Shown here: positions 27,187 through 41,400 of the stretch, in pieces
Layout: each line of letters starts with the position of its first letter
How positions within the stretch are numbered: the stretch's first letter is position 1
Origin: Balanoglossus misakiensis
Taxonomy: Eukaryota; Animalia; Hemichordata
Reading direction: 5' to 3'
Assembly: GCA_040954595.2 (NCBI GenBank)
Contig: CM082577.2
Span: 5,878,301 to 5,942,300, forward strand
DNA: 64,000 nucleotides
Notes under the pieces: generated by a model
What the model saw: the letters and a program-made list of their open reading frames with translations, nothing else
The model's database searches: none
Told to the model about the DNA's origin: nothing
Position numbers and translations under genes: made by a program

Positions 27187-28359
27187 CCATATGAGGGAAA
27201 GGGCATGACTTCCATATACTCCACGGTCTTTTTTGTCAGTGTCACCACTGTGGGAGTAATTCTCGGTCGTCCATTAAATAAATATAAATAAGTAAATAAA
27301 TGGTATATCCCCGTCCTATCTCCCGTGGGAAAATCAATCAGACGAAATTGATGGTTGTAGATTAGTCCAAATCAAATTGATGCCACAGTCGGTTGCTATG
27401 GCGTTGATAACCTCAGGTGCGCCACCTCAGCTTGAACTTCTGTCCCCCTCGTTTGGATCTCGGGACGGCGGGCTGTGTCACCATGGAAACGGTGATTGAG
27501 ACATCATCCAAAGAGATGGAAACGGAGTAATTTTTAATCAATCCGACAGGGAAGATAAATGCGCGGATCTGATTCCAACGAGGAAAGCCGCGTTTCCTAG
27601 CGACCAGTCATTCTCCTCAGTTCCACGAGGGTAGATCTGTACCTTCATATTATTATTTTTCTTTTAATAATATGTAATCAAGGTCCCCTCTCTGCCGATG
27701 GCCCCAGACATAGTCTACTGAACTCTCTTTACCACTACTTTATATACGCCAAAGACGACGACATGAGCGAAGCTATCGACCCCCAAAGACGTTTCCAACG
27801 AGACTGGGATTCCAGGCGGACTTGCGTAACGATAACCTCTGTACGGGACATGTGAAGTGTCTTCACGCACGCTGCTGTCTGAGTATCTGAGTGCTCGTAT
27901 ATACAATTTGTCTCACCCGAGCGAGCCTTCAAGTGGCGTCAAAACCCAGACGGGAAGACCATTTGCGGGCGCGAGAGTTGCACGCGCTGTAGTGCAGTGA
28001 GAAGTACCACAGGGATAAAGCGGGAGTCCGTGTTCATTCTCAGGTAAAACCATCCTCGTCGTTCGTTTGTCTGCTTGTCTGTTCATACGTGACTGGTGTA
28101 GTCGGTAAGCTTATCGTAAATTATTTAGGAATAAGTAACGTCTTTCGAGGGAACTGTCCTCGTCTGTGTATATTGCATGACTGATATTCGAAGGCTTGTC
28201 TTTTGACCACTCAACATACTGTTTACAACAGAAAACCAATTTGGAGGTATGTCCTCCTCCTCCCTTCTATATGAACCAATTCGGATCAAACGTCGTCGTC
28301 TCATATTTTGGCCAAGATCCTTTCCGTCCACCGTTTTAAACGTAAAAAATCTAGATCAA

Positions 28360-28553
28360 TTAATACAGTCACCTCCGATTTACATACGCCCATACATGTA
28401 TATGGCTGAAATGGCGAATTTGAGCGTTCTAAAGAACACATGGTGGCGCTCTTTTTTTCGCGTGTGCCACCCACTGAAAATCTGTGATTGGCTAGATCTC
28501 AATTTTCCATGGTAACTATAGCTAATTTTCCATAGGTGATCGTATACCCTTAA
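28360..28553. mobile_element. Degenerate TTAA-ended MITE (Kolobok-like termini)
   Basis: Left ATACAGTCACCT (28363-28374), right AGGTGATCGTATACCCTTAA (28534-28553). The same terminus type TTAAAGGTATGCAGTCACCT occurs at 8189-8208 in a CEP112 intron. Confidence 0.55.
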
Positions 28554-28999
28554 AAGCAATCCACGACGCGCTCCGAATTTTAAACGCGCCAAAACTGGGA
28601 TAACTTTTCATAATTCTGTCATGTAGGCCCACTCATAAATCATATCCACACATCCAAGGAACAGGGAAGGAACTAAAAACATGATTCCACCTGTTACATC
28701 TATTGAATAATCCGGACAGCAATCGAGGGATCCTATAACTTTGTTGACTGTTTTGTAGACTTTGCTCGAAAATTGTCAAGACAACTTGTGCATTTCTGGA
28801 GACAAAAATCAACACTGCCTGTGGGAATAATTACGCTTATCTGATGAATTTTTTCCGGGCAGAAAACCACAGTCGAGTGACAGTGCCTCTGTAATTACCA
28901 AGAGGCTGGTTTGTTTCCACAGGCAACATCAACTTGGGATCAGGTGGTTCTTCTTTGATAGGTCCGGGTGCCAATGCGCGCGCACAGCCACCCTAAAAT

Positions 29000-29139
29000 C
29001 AATCTGATTAAAATCAGACGTAGGGTACGGCGACGTCTTTTACTAACGTGGTGCGGTATTCTTATGCTGTCGCCTCACACCGCACCGCGTAAAAAGTAAA
29101 AGACGTCGCCGTACCCTACATCTGATTTTAATCAGATTG
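29000..29139. mobile_element. Fold-back MITE, 140 bp, 45-bp TIRs, 9-bp TSD
   Basis: Arms CAATCTGATTAAAATCAGACGTAGGGTACGGCGACGTCTTTTACT / AGTAAAAGACGTCGCCGTACCCTACATCTGATTTTAATCAGATTG (1 mismatch); exact TSD CCCTAAAAT at 28991-28999 and 29140-29148. Confidence 0.9.
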
Positions 29140-29400
29140 CCCTAAAATGCCATCAGATCTACGCGACAGGTTTTCTGTTGAACAAAAAGTAATGTTTGCT
29201 CATCATGACTAAAAGCAGAAGAAAGTCGCCTTGATGATAGCTTTTAGATGAAAATAAGTTTATTACGTTCCTTTTTACATGTAATCGACTTGAAATGATT
29301 GTGTTTCTTGCTTCGGGGTCTGTTTGTATATACCTGGCGCCAAACAGAGGAAACCGAACAGGCACTAAAGCCGAGACCTACACACGGGATTTGGTTGTGA

Positions 29401-32400
29401 AATATTGACTGTAAGACAATCCTCGCTATATATTAGATATTCAATTTTAATAGTTTCTCATATTTCAACGTCAAATTCACATGTAGTGTAGCATATGGCC
29501 TTCCGTGGGAACAGTAGCCTTTTCTCAATAACGCAATACTTGACTTCGGCTGACTGCAAATCTACTTCGCATTTCGGTCATCTCTCATCACAATCTATTT
29601 TTTCTTCCAAAATATCGATTTTCTATCGATTTTGGGTCAATGAACACCTGTCAGCTGTAAACAAGAGATTGGAGATTTTGTCAGTTTGGACGTTTTTCAT
29701 GGGTTATAGCTCATGAAAATGTCAAAACAAATGACAAATTTCCGACTTTGCGAATTTTGGTGATTTTGTCATTTTGCGGCGTTTTTCATGGGTTATAGCT
29801 CATGAAAATTGTCAAAAAATGACAAAGTCTTGACGGTGCGAATTTTGGAGATTTTGTCAATTTGGACGTTTTTCATGAGTTATAGCACATGAAAATGTCA
29901 AAAGATGACAAATTTCAGACTTTGCAAATTTTGGTGATTTTGTCAATTTGGACGTTTTTCATGGGTTATAGCTCATGAAAATTGTCCAAAAATGACAAAA
30001 TCTTGACTTTGCGAATTTTGGTGAGTTTGTCATTTTGGGGCGTTTTTTATGGGTGATAGCTCATGAAAATCATCAAAAAATGACAATTTTTCGACTTTGC
30101 GAAATCTCAAAATTTCGTCGATTTTTGAAAAAATCATGGGTTATAGCTCATGAAAATCATCAAAAAATGACAATTTTTAGACTTTGCGAAATCTCAAAAT
30201 TTCGTCGATTTTTGAAAAAATCATGGGTTATAGCTCATGAAAATCATCAAAAAATGACAATTTTTAGACTTTGCGAAATCTCAAAATTTCGTCGATTTTT
30301 TAAAAAAAATCATGGGTTATAGCTCATGAAAATCATCAAAAAATGAAAATATTTCGACTTTGCGAAATCTCAAAATTTCGTCGATTTTTGAAAAAATCAT
30401 GGGTTATAGCTCATGAAAATCATCAAAAAATGACAATTTTTCGACTTTGCGAAATCTCAAAATTTCGTCGATTTTTGAAAAAATCACGGGTTATAGCTCA
30501 TGAAAATCATCAAAAAATGACAATTTTTCGACTTTGCGAAATCTCAAAATTTCGTCGATTTTTGAAAAAATCATGGGTTATAGCTCATGAAAATCATCAA
30601 AAAATGACAATTTTTCGACTTTGCGAAATCTCAAAATTTCGTCGATTTTTGAAAAAATCACGGGTTATAGCTCATGAAAATCATCAAAAAATGACAATTT
30701 TTCGACTTTGCGAAATCTCAAAATTTCGTCGATTTTTGAAAAAATCATGGGTTATAGCTCATGAAAATCATCAAAAAATGACAATTTTTCGACTTTGCGA
30801 AATCTCAAAATTTCGTCGATTTTTAAAAAAATCATGGGTTATAGCTCATGAAAATCATCAAAAAATGACAATTTTTCGACTTTGCGAAATCTCAAAATTT
30901 CGTCGATTTTTGAAAAAATCATGGGTTATAGCTCATGAAAATCATCAAAAAATGACAATTTTTCGACTTTGCGAAATCTCAAAATTTCGTCGATTTTTGA
31001 AAAAATCATGGGTTATAGCTCATGAAAATCATCAAAAAATGACAATTTTTCGACTTTGCGAAATCTCAAAATTTCGTCGATTTTTGAAAAAATCATGGGT
31101 TATAGCTCATGAAAATCATCAAAAACTGACAATTTTTCGACTTTGCGAAATCTCAAAATTTCGTCGATTTTTGAAAAAATCATGGGTTATAGCTCATGAA
31201 AATCATCAAAAAATGACAATTTTTCGACTTTGCGAAATCTCAAAATTTCGTCGATTTTTGAAAAAATCATGGGTTATAGCTCATGATAATCATCAAAAAA
31301 TGACAATTTTTCGACTTTGCGAAATCTCAAAATTTCGTCGATTTTTGAAAAAATCATGGGTTATAGCTCATGAAAATCATAAAAAACTGACAATTTTTCG
31401 ACTTTGCGAAATCTCAAAATTTCGTCGATTTTTGAAAAGCTCATGAAAATCATCAAAAACTGACAATTTTTCGACTTTGCGAAATCTCAAAATTTCGTCG
31501 ATTTTTGAAAAAATCATGGGTTATAGCTCATGAAAATCATCAAAAAATGACAATTTTTAGACTTTGCGAAATCTCAAAATTTCGTCGATTTTTGAAAAAA
31601 TCATGGGTTATAGCTCATGAAAATCATCAAAAAATGACAATTTTTAGACTTTGCGAAATCTCAAAATTTCGTCGATTTTTTAAAAAAAATCATGGGTTAT
31701 AGCTCATGAAAATCATCAAAAAATGAAAATATTTCGACTTTGCGAAATCTCAAAATTTCGTCGATTTTTGAAAAAATCATGGGTTATAGCTCATGAAAAT
31801 CATCAAAAAATGACAATTTTTCGACTTTGCGAAATCTCAAAATTTCGTCGATTTTTGAAAAAATCACGGGTTATAGCTCATGAAAATCATCAAAAAATGA
31901 CAATTTTTCGACTTTGCGAAATCTCAAAATTTCGTCGATTTTTGAAAAAATCATGGGTTATAGCTCATGAAAATCATCAAAAAATGACAATTTTTAGACT
32001 TTGCGAAATCTCAAAATTTCGTCGATTTTTGAAAAAATCATGGGTTATAGCTCATGAAAATCATCAAAAAATGACAATTTTAAGACTTTGCGAAATCTCA
32101 AAATTTCGTCGATTTTTGAAAAAATCATGGGTTATAGCTCATGAAAATCATCAAAAAATGACAATTTTTCGACTTTGCGAAATCTCAAAATTTCGTCGAT
32201 TTTTGAAAAAATCACGGGTTATAGCTCATGAAAATCATCAAAAAATGACAATTTTTCGACTTTGCGAAATCTCAAAATTTCGTCGATTTTTGAAAAAATC
32301 ATGGGTTATAGCTCATGAAAATCATCAAAAAATGACAATTTTTCGACTTTGCGAAATCTCAAAATTTCGTCGATTTTTGAAAAAATCACGGGTTATAGCT

Positions 32401-35400
32401 CATGAAAATCATCAAAAAATGACAATTTTTCGACTTTGCGAAATCTCAAAATTTCGTCGATTTTTGAAAAAATCATGGGTTATAGCTCATGAAAATCATC
32501 AAAAAATGACAATTTTTCGACTTTGCGAAATCTCAAAATTTCGTCGATTTTTAAAAAAATCATGGGTTATAGCTCATGAAAATCATCAAAAAATGACAAT
32601 TTTTCGACTTTGCGAAATCTCAAAATTTCGTCGATTTTTGAAAAAATCATGGGTTATAGCTCATGAAAATCATCAAAAAATGACAATTTTTCGACTTTGC
32701 GAAATCTCAAAATTTCGTCGATTTTTGAAAAAATCATGGGTTATAGCTCATGAAAATCATCAAAAAATGACAATTTTTCGACTTTGCGAAATCTCAAAAT
32801 TTCGTCGATTTTTGAAAAAATCATGGGTTATAGCTCATGAAAATCATCAAAAACTGACAATTTTTCGACTTTGCGAAATCTCAAAATTTCGTCGATTTTT
32901 GAAAAAATCATGGGTTATAGCTCATGAAAATCATCAAAAAATGACAATTTTTCGACTTTGCGAAATCTCAAAATTTCGTCGATTTTTGAAAAAATCATGG
33001 GTTATAGCTCATGATAATCATCAAAAAATGACAATTTTTCGACTTTGCGAAATCTCAAAATTTCGTCGATTTTTGAAAAAATCATGGGTTATAGCTCATG
33101 AAAATCATAAAAAACTGACAATTTTTCGACTTTGCGAAATCTCAAAATTTCGTCGATTTTTGAAAAGCTCATGAAAATCATCAAAAACTGACAATTTTTC
33201 GACTTTGCGAAATCTCAAAATTTCGTCGATTTTTGAAAAAATCATGGGTTATAGCTCATGAAAATCATCAAAAAATGACAATTTTTCGACTTTGCGAAAT
33301 CTCAAAATTTCGTCGGTTTTTGAAAAAATCATGGGTTATAGCTCATGAAAATCATCAAAAAATGACAATTTTTCGACTTTGCGAAATCTCAAAATTTCTT
33401 CATTTTTTTGTAAAAACCATGGGTTATAGCTCATGAAAATCATCCAGGAATGACAATTTTTCGACTTTTTTGAAAAAATCATGGGTTATAGCTCATGAAA
33501 ATCATCCAGAAATGACAATTTTTCGACTTTGCGAAATCTCAAAATTTCTTCATTTTTTTGAAAAAACCATGGGTTATAGCTCATGAAAATCATCAAAAAA
33601 TGACAATTTTTCAACTTTGCGAAATCTCAAAATTTCGTCGATTTTTGAAAAAATCATGGGTTATAGCTCATGAAAATCATCAAAAAATGACAATTTTTCA
33701 ACTTTGCGAAATCTCAAAATTTCGTCGATTTTTGAAAAAATCATTGGTTATAGCTCATGAAAATCATCAAAAAATGACAATTTTTAGACTTTGCGAAATC
33801 TCAAAATTTCGTCGATTTTTGAAAAAATCATGGGTTATAGCTCATGAAAATCATCAAAAAATGACAATATTTCGACTTTGCGAAATCTCAAAATTTCGTC
33901 GATTTTTGAAAAAATCATGGGTTATAGCTCATGAAAATCATCAAAAAATGACAATTTTTCGACTTTGCGAAATCTCAAAATTTCGTCGATTTTTGAAAAA
34001 ATCATGGGTTATAGCTCATGAAAATCATCAAAAAATGACAATTTTTCGACTTTGCGAAATCTCAAAATTTCGTCGGTTTTTGAAAAAATCATGGGTTATA
34101 GCTCATGAAAATCATCAAAAAATGACAATTTTTCGACTTTGCGAAATCTCAAAATTTCGTCGATTTTTGAAAAAATCATGGGTTATAGCTCATGAAAATC
34201 ATCAAAAAATGACAATTTTTAGACTTTGCGAAATCTCAAAATTTCGTCGATTTTTGAAAAAATCATGGGTTATAGCTCATGAAAATCATCAAAAAATGAC
34301 AATTTTTCGACTTTGCGAAATCTCAAAATTTCGTCGATTTTTGAAAAAATCATGGGTTATAGCTCATGAAAATCATCAAAAAATGACAATTTTTCGACTT
34401 TGCGAAATCTCAAAATTTCGTCGGTTTTTGAAAAAATCATGGGTTATAGCTCATGAACATCATCCAGAAATGACAATTTTTCGACTTTGCGAAATCTCAA
34501 AATTTCTTCATTTTTTTGTAAAAACCATGGGTTATAGCTCATGAAAATCATCCAGAAATGACAATTTTTCGACTTTGCGAAATCTCAAAATTTCTTCATT
34601 TTTTTGAAAAAATCATGGGTTATAGCTCATGAAAATCATCCAGAAATGACAATTTTTCGACTTTGCGAAATATCAAAATTTCTTCATTTTTTTGAAAAAA
34701 CCATGGGTTATAGCTCATGAAAATCATCCAGAAATGACAATTTTTCGACTTTGCGAAATATCAAAATTTCTTCATTTTTTTGAAAAAACCATGGGTTATA
34801 GCTCATGAAAATCATCCAGAAATGACAATTTTTCGACTTTGCGAAATATCAAAATTTCTTCATTTTTTTGAAAAAACCATGGGTTATAGCTCATGAAAAT
34901 CATCCAGAAATGACAATTTTTCGACTTTGCGAAATATCAAAATTTCTTCATTTTTTTGAAAAAACCATGGGTTATAGCTCATGAAAATCATCCAGAAATG
35001 ACAATTTTTCGACTTTGCGAAATTTCAAAATTTCTTCATTTTTTTGAAAAAACCATGGGTTATAGCTCATGAAAATCATCCACAAATGACAATTTTTCGA
35101 CTTTGCGAAATATCAAAATTTCTTCATTTTTTTTGAAAAAACCATGGGTTATAGCTCATGAAAATCATCCACAAATGACAATTTTTCGACTTTGCGAAAT
35201 CTCAAAATTTCGTCGATTTTTGAAAAAATCATGGGTTATAGCTCATGAAAATCATCAAAAAATGACAATTTTTCGACTTTGCGAAATTTCAAAATATCTT
35301 CATTTTTTTGAAAAAACCATGGGTTATAGCTCATGAAAATCATCCAGAAATGACAATTTTTCGACTTTGCGAAATATCAAAATTTCTTCATTTTTTTGAA

Positions 35401-38400
35401 AAAATCATGGGTTATAGCTCATGAAAATCATCAAAAAATGACAATTTTTCGACTTTGCGAAATCTTAAAATTTCGTCGATTTTTGAAAAAAATCATGGGT
35501 TATAGCTCATGAAAATCATCAAAAAATGACAATTTTTCGACTTTGCGAAATCTCAAAATTTCGTCGATTTTTGAAAAAATCATGGGTTATAGCTCATGAA
35601 AATCATCAAAAACTGACAATTTTTCGACTTTGCGAAATCTCAAAATTTCGTCGATTTTTGAAAAAATCATGGGTTATAGCTCATGAAAATCATCAAAAAC
35701 TGACAATTTTTCAACTTTGCAAAATCTCAAAATTTCGTCGATTTTTGAAAAAATCATTGGTTATAGCTCATGAAAATCATCAAAAAATGACAATTTTTAG
35801 ACTTTGCGAAATCTGAAAATTTCGTCGATTTTTGAAAAAATCATGGGTTATAGCTCATGAAAATCATCCACAAATGACAATTTTTCGACTTTGCGAAATC
35901 TCAAAATTTCGTCGATTTTTAAAAAAATCATGGGTTATAGCTCATGAAAATCATCAAAAACTGACAATTTTTCGACTTTGCGAAATCTCAAAATTTCGTC
36001 GATTTTTGAAAAAATCATGGGTTATAGCTCATGAAAATCATCAAAAACTGACAATTTTTCGACTTTGCGAAATCTCAAAATTTCGTCGATTTTTTAAAAA
36101 ATCATGGGTTATAGCTCATGAAAATCATCAAAAAATGACAATTTTTCGACTTTGCGAAATATCAAAATTTCGTCGATTTTTGAAAAAATCATGGGTTATA
36201 GCTCATGAACATCATCCAGAAATGACAATTTTTCGACTTTGCGAAATCTCAAAATTTCTTCATTTTTTTGTAAAAACCATGGGTTATAGCTCATGAAAAT
36301 CATCCAGAAATGACAATTTTTCGACTTTGCGAAATCTCAAAATTTCGTCGATTTTTGAAAAAATCATGGGTTATAGCTCATGAAAATCATCAAAAAATGA
36401 CAATTTTTCGACTTTGCGAAATCTCAAAATTTCTTCATTTTTTTGAAAAAACCATGGGTTATAGCTCATGAAAATCATCCAGAAATGACAATTTTTCGAC
36501 TTTGCGAAATATCAAAATTTCTTCATTTTTAGAAAAAACCATGGGTTATAGCTCATGAAAATCATCCAGAAATGACAATTTTTCGACTTTGCGAAATATC
36601 AAAATTTCTTCATTTTTTTGAAAAAACCATGGGTTATAGCTCATGAAAATCATCCAGAAATGACAATTTTTCGACTTTGCGAAATCTCAAAATTTCGTCA
36701 ATTTTTGAAAAAATCATGGGTTATAGCTCATGAAAATCATCCAGAAATGACAATTTTTCGACTTTGCGAAATCTCAAAATTTCGTCGATTTTTGAAAAAA
36801 TCATGGGTTATAGCTCATGAAAATCATCAAAAAATGACAATTTTTCGACTGTGCGAAATCTCAAAATTTCGTCGATTTTTGAAAAAATCATGGGTTATAG
36901 CTCATGAAAATCATCCAGAAATGACAATTTTTCGACTTTGCCAAATCTCAAAATTTCGTCGATTTTTGAAAAAAATCATGGGTTATAGCTCATGAAAATC
37001 ATCCAGAAATGACAATTTTTCGACTTTGCGAAATCTCAAAATTTCGTCGATTTTTGAAAAAATCATGGGTTATAGCTCATGAAAATCATCAAAAAATGAC
37101 AATTTTTCGACTTTGCGAAATCTCAAAATTTCGTCGATTTTTGAAAAAATCATGGGTTATAGCTCATGAAAATCATCCAGAAAAGACAATTTTTCGACTT
37201 TGCGAAATCACAAAATTTCGTCGATTTTTGAAAAAATCATGGGTTATAGCTCATGAAAATCATCAAAAAATGACAATTTTTCGACTTTGCGAAATCTCAA
37301 AATTTCGTCGATTTTTGAAAAAATCATGGGTTATAGCTCATGAAAATCATCAAAAAATGACAATTTTTCAACTTTGCGAAATCTCAAAATTTCGTCGATT
37401 TTTGAAAAAATCATGGGTTATAGCTCATGAAAATCATCAAAAAATGACAATTTTTCGACTTTGCGAAATCTCAAAATTTCGTCGATTTTTGAAAAAATCA
37501 TGGGTTATAGCTCATGAAAATCATCAAAAACTGACAATTTTTCGACTTTGCGAAATCTCAAAATTTCGTCGATTTTTGAAAAAATCATGGGTTATAGCTC
37601 ATGAAAATCATAAAAAACTGACAATTTTTCGACTTTGCGAAATCTCAAAATTTCGTCGATTTTTGAAAAAATCATGGGTTATAGCTCATGAAAATCATCA
37701 AAAAATGACAATTTTTCGACTTTGCGAAATCTCAAAATTTCGTCGATTTTTGAAAAAATCATGGGTTATAGCTCATGAAAATCATCAAAAAATGACAATT
37801 TTTCGACTTTGCGAAATCTCAAAATTTCGTCGATTTTTGAAAAAATCATGGGTTATAGCTCATGAAAATCATCCAGAAATGACAATTTTTCGACTTTGCG
37901 AAATCTCAAAATTTCTTCATTTTTTTGAAAATATCATGGGTTATAGCTCATGAAAATCATCCAGAAATGACAATTTTTCGACTTTGCGAAATCTCAAAAT
38001 TTCTTCATTTTTTTGAAAAAAACCATGGGTTATAGCTCATGAAAATCATCCAGGAATGACAATTTTTCGACTTTGCGAAATCTCAAAATTTCGTCGATTT
38101 TTGAAAAAATCATGGGTTATAGCTCATGAAAATCATCAAAAAATGACAATTTTTCGACTTTGCGAAATCTCAAAATTTCGTCGATTTTTGAAAAAATCAT
38201 GGGTTATAGCTCATGAAAATCATCAAAAAATGACAATTTTTCGACTTTGCGAAATCTCAAAATTTCGTCGATTTTTGAAAAAATCATGGGTTATAGCTCA
38301 TGAAAATCATCAAAAAATGACAATTTTTCGACTTTGCGAAATATCAAAATTTCGTCGATTTTTGAAAAAAATCATGGGTTATAGCTCATGAACATCATCC

Positions 38401-41400
38401 AGAAATGACAATTTTTCGACTTTGCGAAATCTCAAAATTTCTTCATTTTTTTGTAAAAACCATGGGTTATAGCTCATGAAAATCATCCAGAAATGACAAT
38501 TTTTCGACTTTGCGAAATCTCAAAATTTCTTCATTTTTTTGAAAAAATCATGGGTTATAGCTCATGAAAATCATCCAGAAATGACAATTTTTCGACTTTG
38601 CGAAATATCAAAATTTCTTCATTTTTTTGAAAAAACCATGGGTTATAGCTCATGAAAATCATCCAGAAATGACAATTTTTCGGCTTTGCGAAATATCAAA
38701 ATTTCTTCATTTTTTTGAAAAAACCATGGGTTATAGCTCATGAAAATCATCCAGAAATGACAATTTTTCGACTTTGCGAAATATCAAAATTTCTTCATTT
38801 TTTTGAAAAAACCATGGGTTATAGCTCATGAAAATCATCCAGAAATGACAATTTTTCGACTTTGCGAAATATCAAAATTTCTTCATTTTTTTGAAAAAAC
38901 CATGGGTTATAGCTCATGAAAATCATCCAGAAATGACAATTTTTCGACTTTGCGAAATTTCAAAATTTCTTCATTTTTTTGAAAAAACCATGGGTTATAG
39001 CTCATGAAAATCATCCACAAATGACAATTTTTCGACTTTGCGAAATATCAAAATTTCTTCATTTTTTTGAAAAAACCATGGGTTATAGCTCATGAAAATC
39101 ATCCACAAATGACAATTTTTCGACTTTGCGAAATCTCAAAATTTCGTCGATTTTTGAAAAAATCATGGGTTATAGCTCATGAAAATCATCCAGAAATGAC
39201 AATTTTTCGACTTTGCGAAATCTCAAAATTTCGTCGATTTTTGAAAAAATCATGGGTTATAGCTCATGAAAATCATCAAAAAATGACAATTTTTCGACTT
39301 TGCGAAATTTCAAAATATCTTCATTTTTTTGAAAAAACCATGGGTTATAGCTCATGAAAATCATCCAGAAATGACAATTTTTCGACTTTGCGAAATCTCA
39401 AAATTTCGTCGATTTTTAAAAAAATCATGGGTTATAGCTCATGAAAATCATCAAAAACTGACAATTTTTCGACTTTGCGAAATCTCAAAATTTCGTCGAT
39501 TTTTGAAAAAATCATGGGTTATAGCTCATGAAAATCATCAAAAACTGACAATTTTTCGACTTTGCGAAATCTCAAAATTTCGTCGATTTTTTAAAAAATC
39601 ATGGGTTATAGCTCATGAAAATCATCAAAAAATGACAATTTTTCGACTTTGCGAAATATCAAAATTTCGTCGATTTTTGAAAAAATCATGGGTTATAGCT
39701 CATGAACATCATCCAGAAATGACAATTTTTCGACTTTGCGAAATCTCAAAATTTCTTCATTTTTTTGTAAAAACCATGGGTTATAGCTCATGAAAATCAT
39801 CCAGAAATGACAATGTTTCGACTTTGCGAAATCTCAAAATTTCGTCGATTTTTGAAAAAATCATGGGTTATAGCTCATGAAAATCATCAAAAAATGACAA
39901 TTTTTCGACTTTGCGAAATCTCAAAATTTCTTCATTTTTTTGAAAAAACCATGGGTTATAGCTCATGAAAATCATCCAGAAATGACAATTTTTCGACTTT
40001 GCGAAATATCAAAATTTCTTCATTTTTTGAAAAAACCATGGGTTATAGCTCATGAAAATCATCCAGAAATGACAATTTTTCGACTTTGCGAAATATCAAA
40101 ATTTCTTCATTTTTTTGAAAAAACCATGGGTTATAGCTCATGAAAATCATCCAGAAATGACAATTTTTCGACTTTGCGAAATCTCAAAATTTCGTCAATT
40201 TTTGAAAAAATCATGGGTTATAGCTCATGAAAATCATCCAGAAATGACAATTTTTCGACTTTGCGAAATCTCAAAATTTCGTCGATTTTTGAAAAAATCA
40301 TGGGTTATAGCTCATGAAAATCATCAAAAAATGACAATTTTTCGACTTTGCGAAATCTCAAAATTTCGTCGATTTTTGAAAAAATCATGGGTTATAGCTC
40401 ATGAAAATCATCCAGAAATGACAATTTTTCGACTTTGCGAAATCTCAAAATTTCGTCGATTTTTGAAAAAATCATGGGTTATAGCTCATGAAAATCATCC
40501 AGAAATGACAATTTTTCGACTTTGCCAAATCTCAAAATTTCGTCGATTTTTGAAAAAAATCATGGGTTATAGCTCATGAAAATCATCCAGAAATGACAAT
40601 TTTTCGACTTTGCGAAATCTCAAAATTTCGTCGATTTTTGAAAAAATCATGGGTTATAGCTCATGAAAATCATCAAAAAATGACAATTTTTCGACTTTGC
40701 GAAATCTCAAAATTTCGTCGATTTTTGAAAAAATCATGGGTTATAGCTCATGAAAATCATCCAGAAAAGACAATTTTTCGACTTTGCGAAATATCAAAAT
40801 TTCTTCATTTTTTTGTAAAAACCATGGGTTATAGCTCATGAAAATCATCCAGAAATGACAATTTTTCGACTTTGCGAAATATCAAAATTTCTTCATTTTT
40901 TTGAAAAAACCATGGGTTATAGCTCATGAAAATCATCCAGAAATGACAATTTTTCGACTTTGCGAAATCTCAAAATTTCTTCATTTTTTTGAAAAAATCA
41001 TGGGTTATAGCTCATGAAAATCATCCAGAAATGACAATTTTTCGACTTTGCGAAATCTCAAAATTTCGTCGATTTTTGAAAAAAATCATGGGTTATAGCT
41101 CATGAAAATCATCCAGAAATGACAATTTTTCGACTTTGCGAAATATCAAAATTTCGTCGATTTTTGAAAAAATCATGGGTTATAGCTCATGAAAATCATC
41201 CAGAAATGACAATTTTTCGACTTTGCGAAATATCAAAATTTCTTCATTTTTTTGAAAAAACCATGGGTTATAGCTCATGAAAATCATCCAGAAATGACAA
41301 TTTTTCGACTTTGCGAAATATCAAAATTTCTTCATTTTTTTGAAAAAACCATGGGTTATAGCTCATGAAAATCATCCAGAAATGACAATTTTTCGACTTT

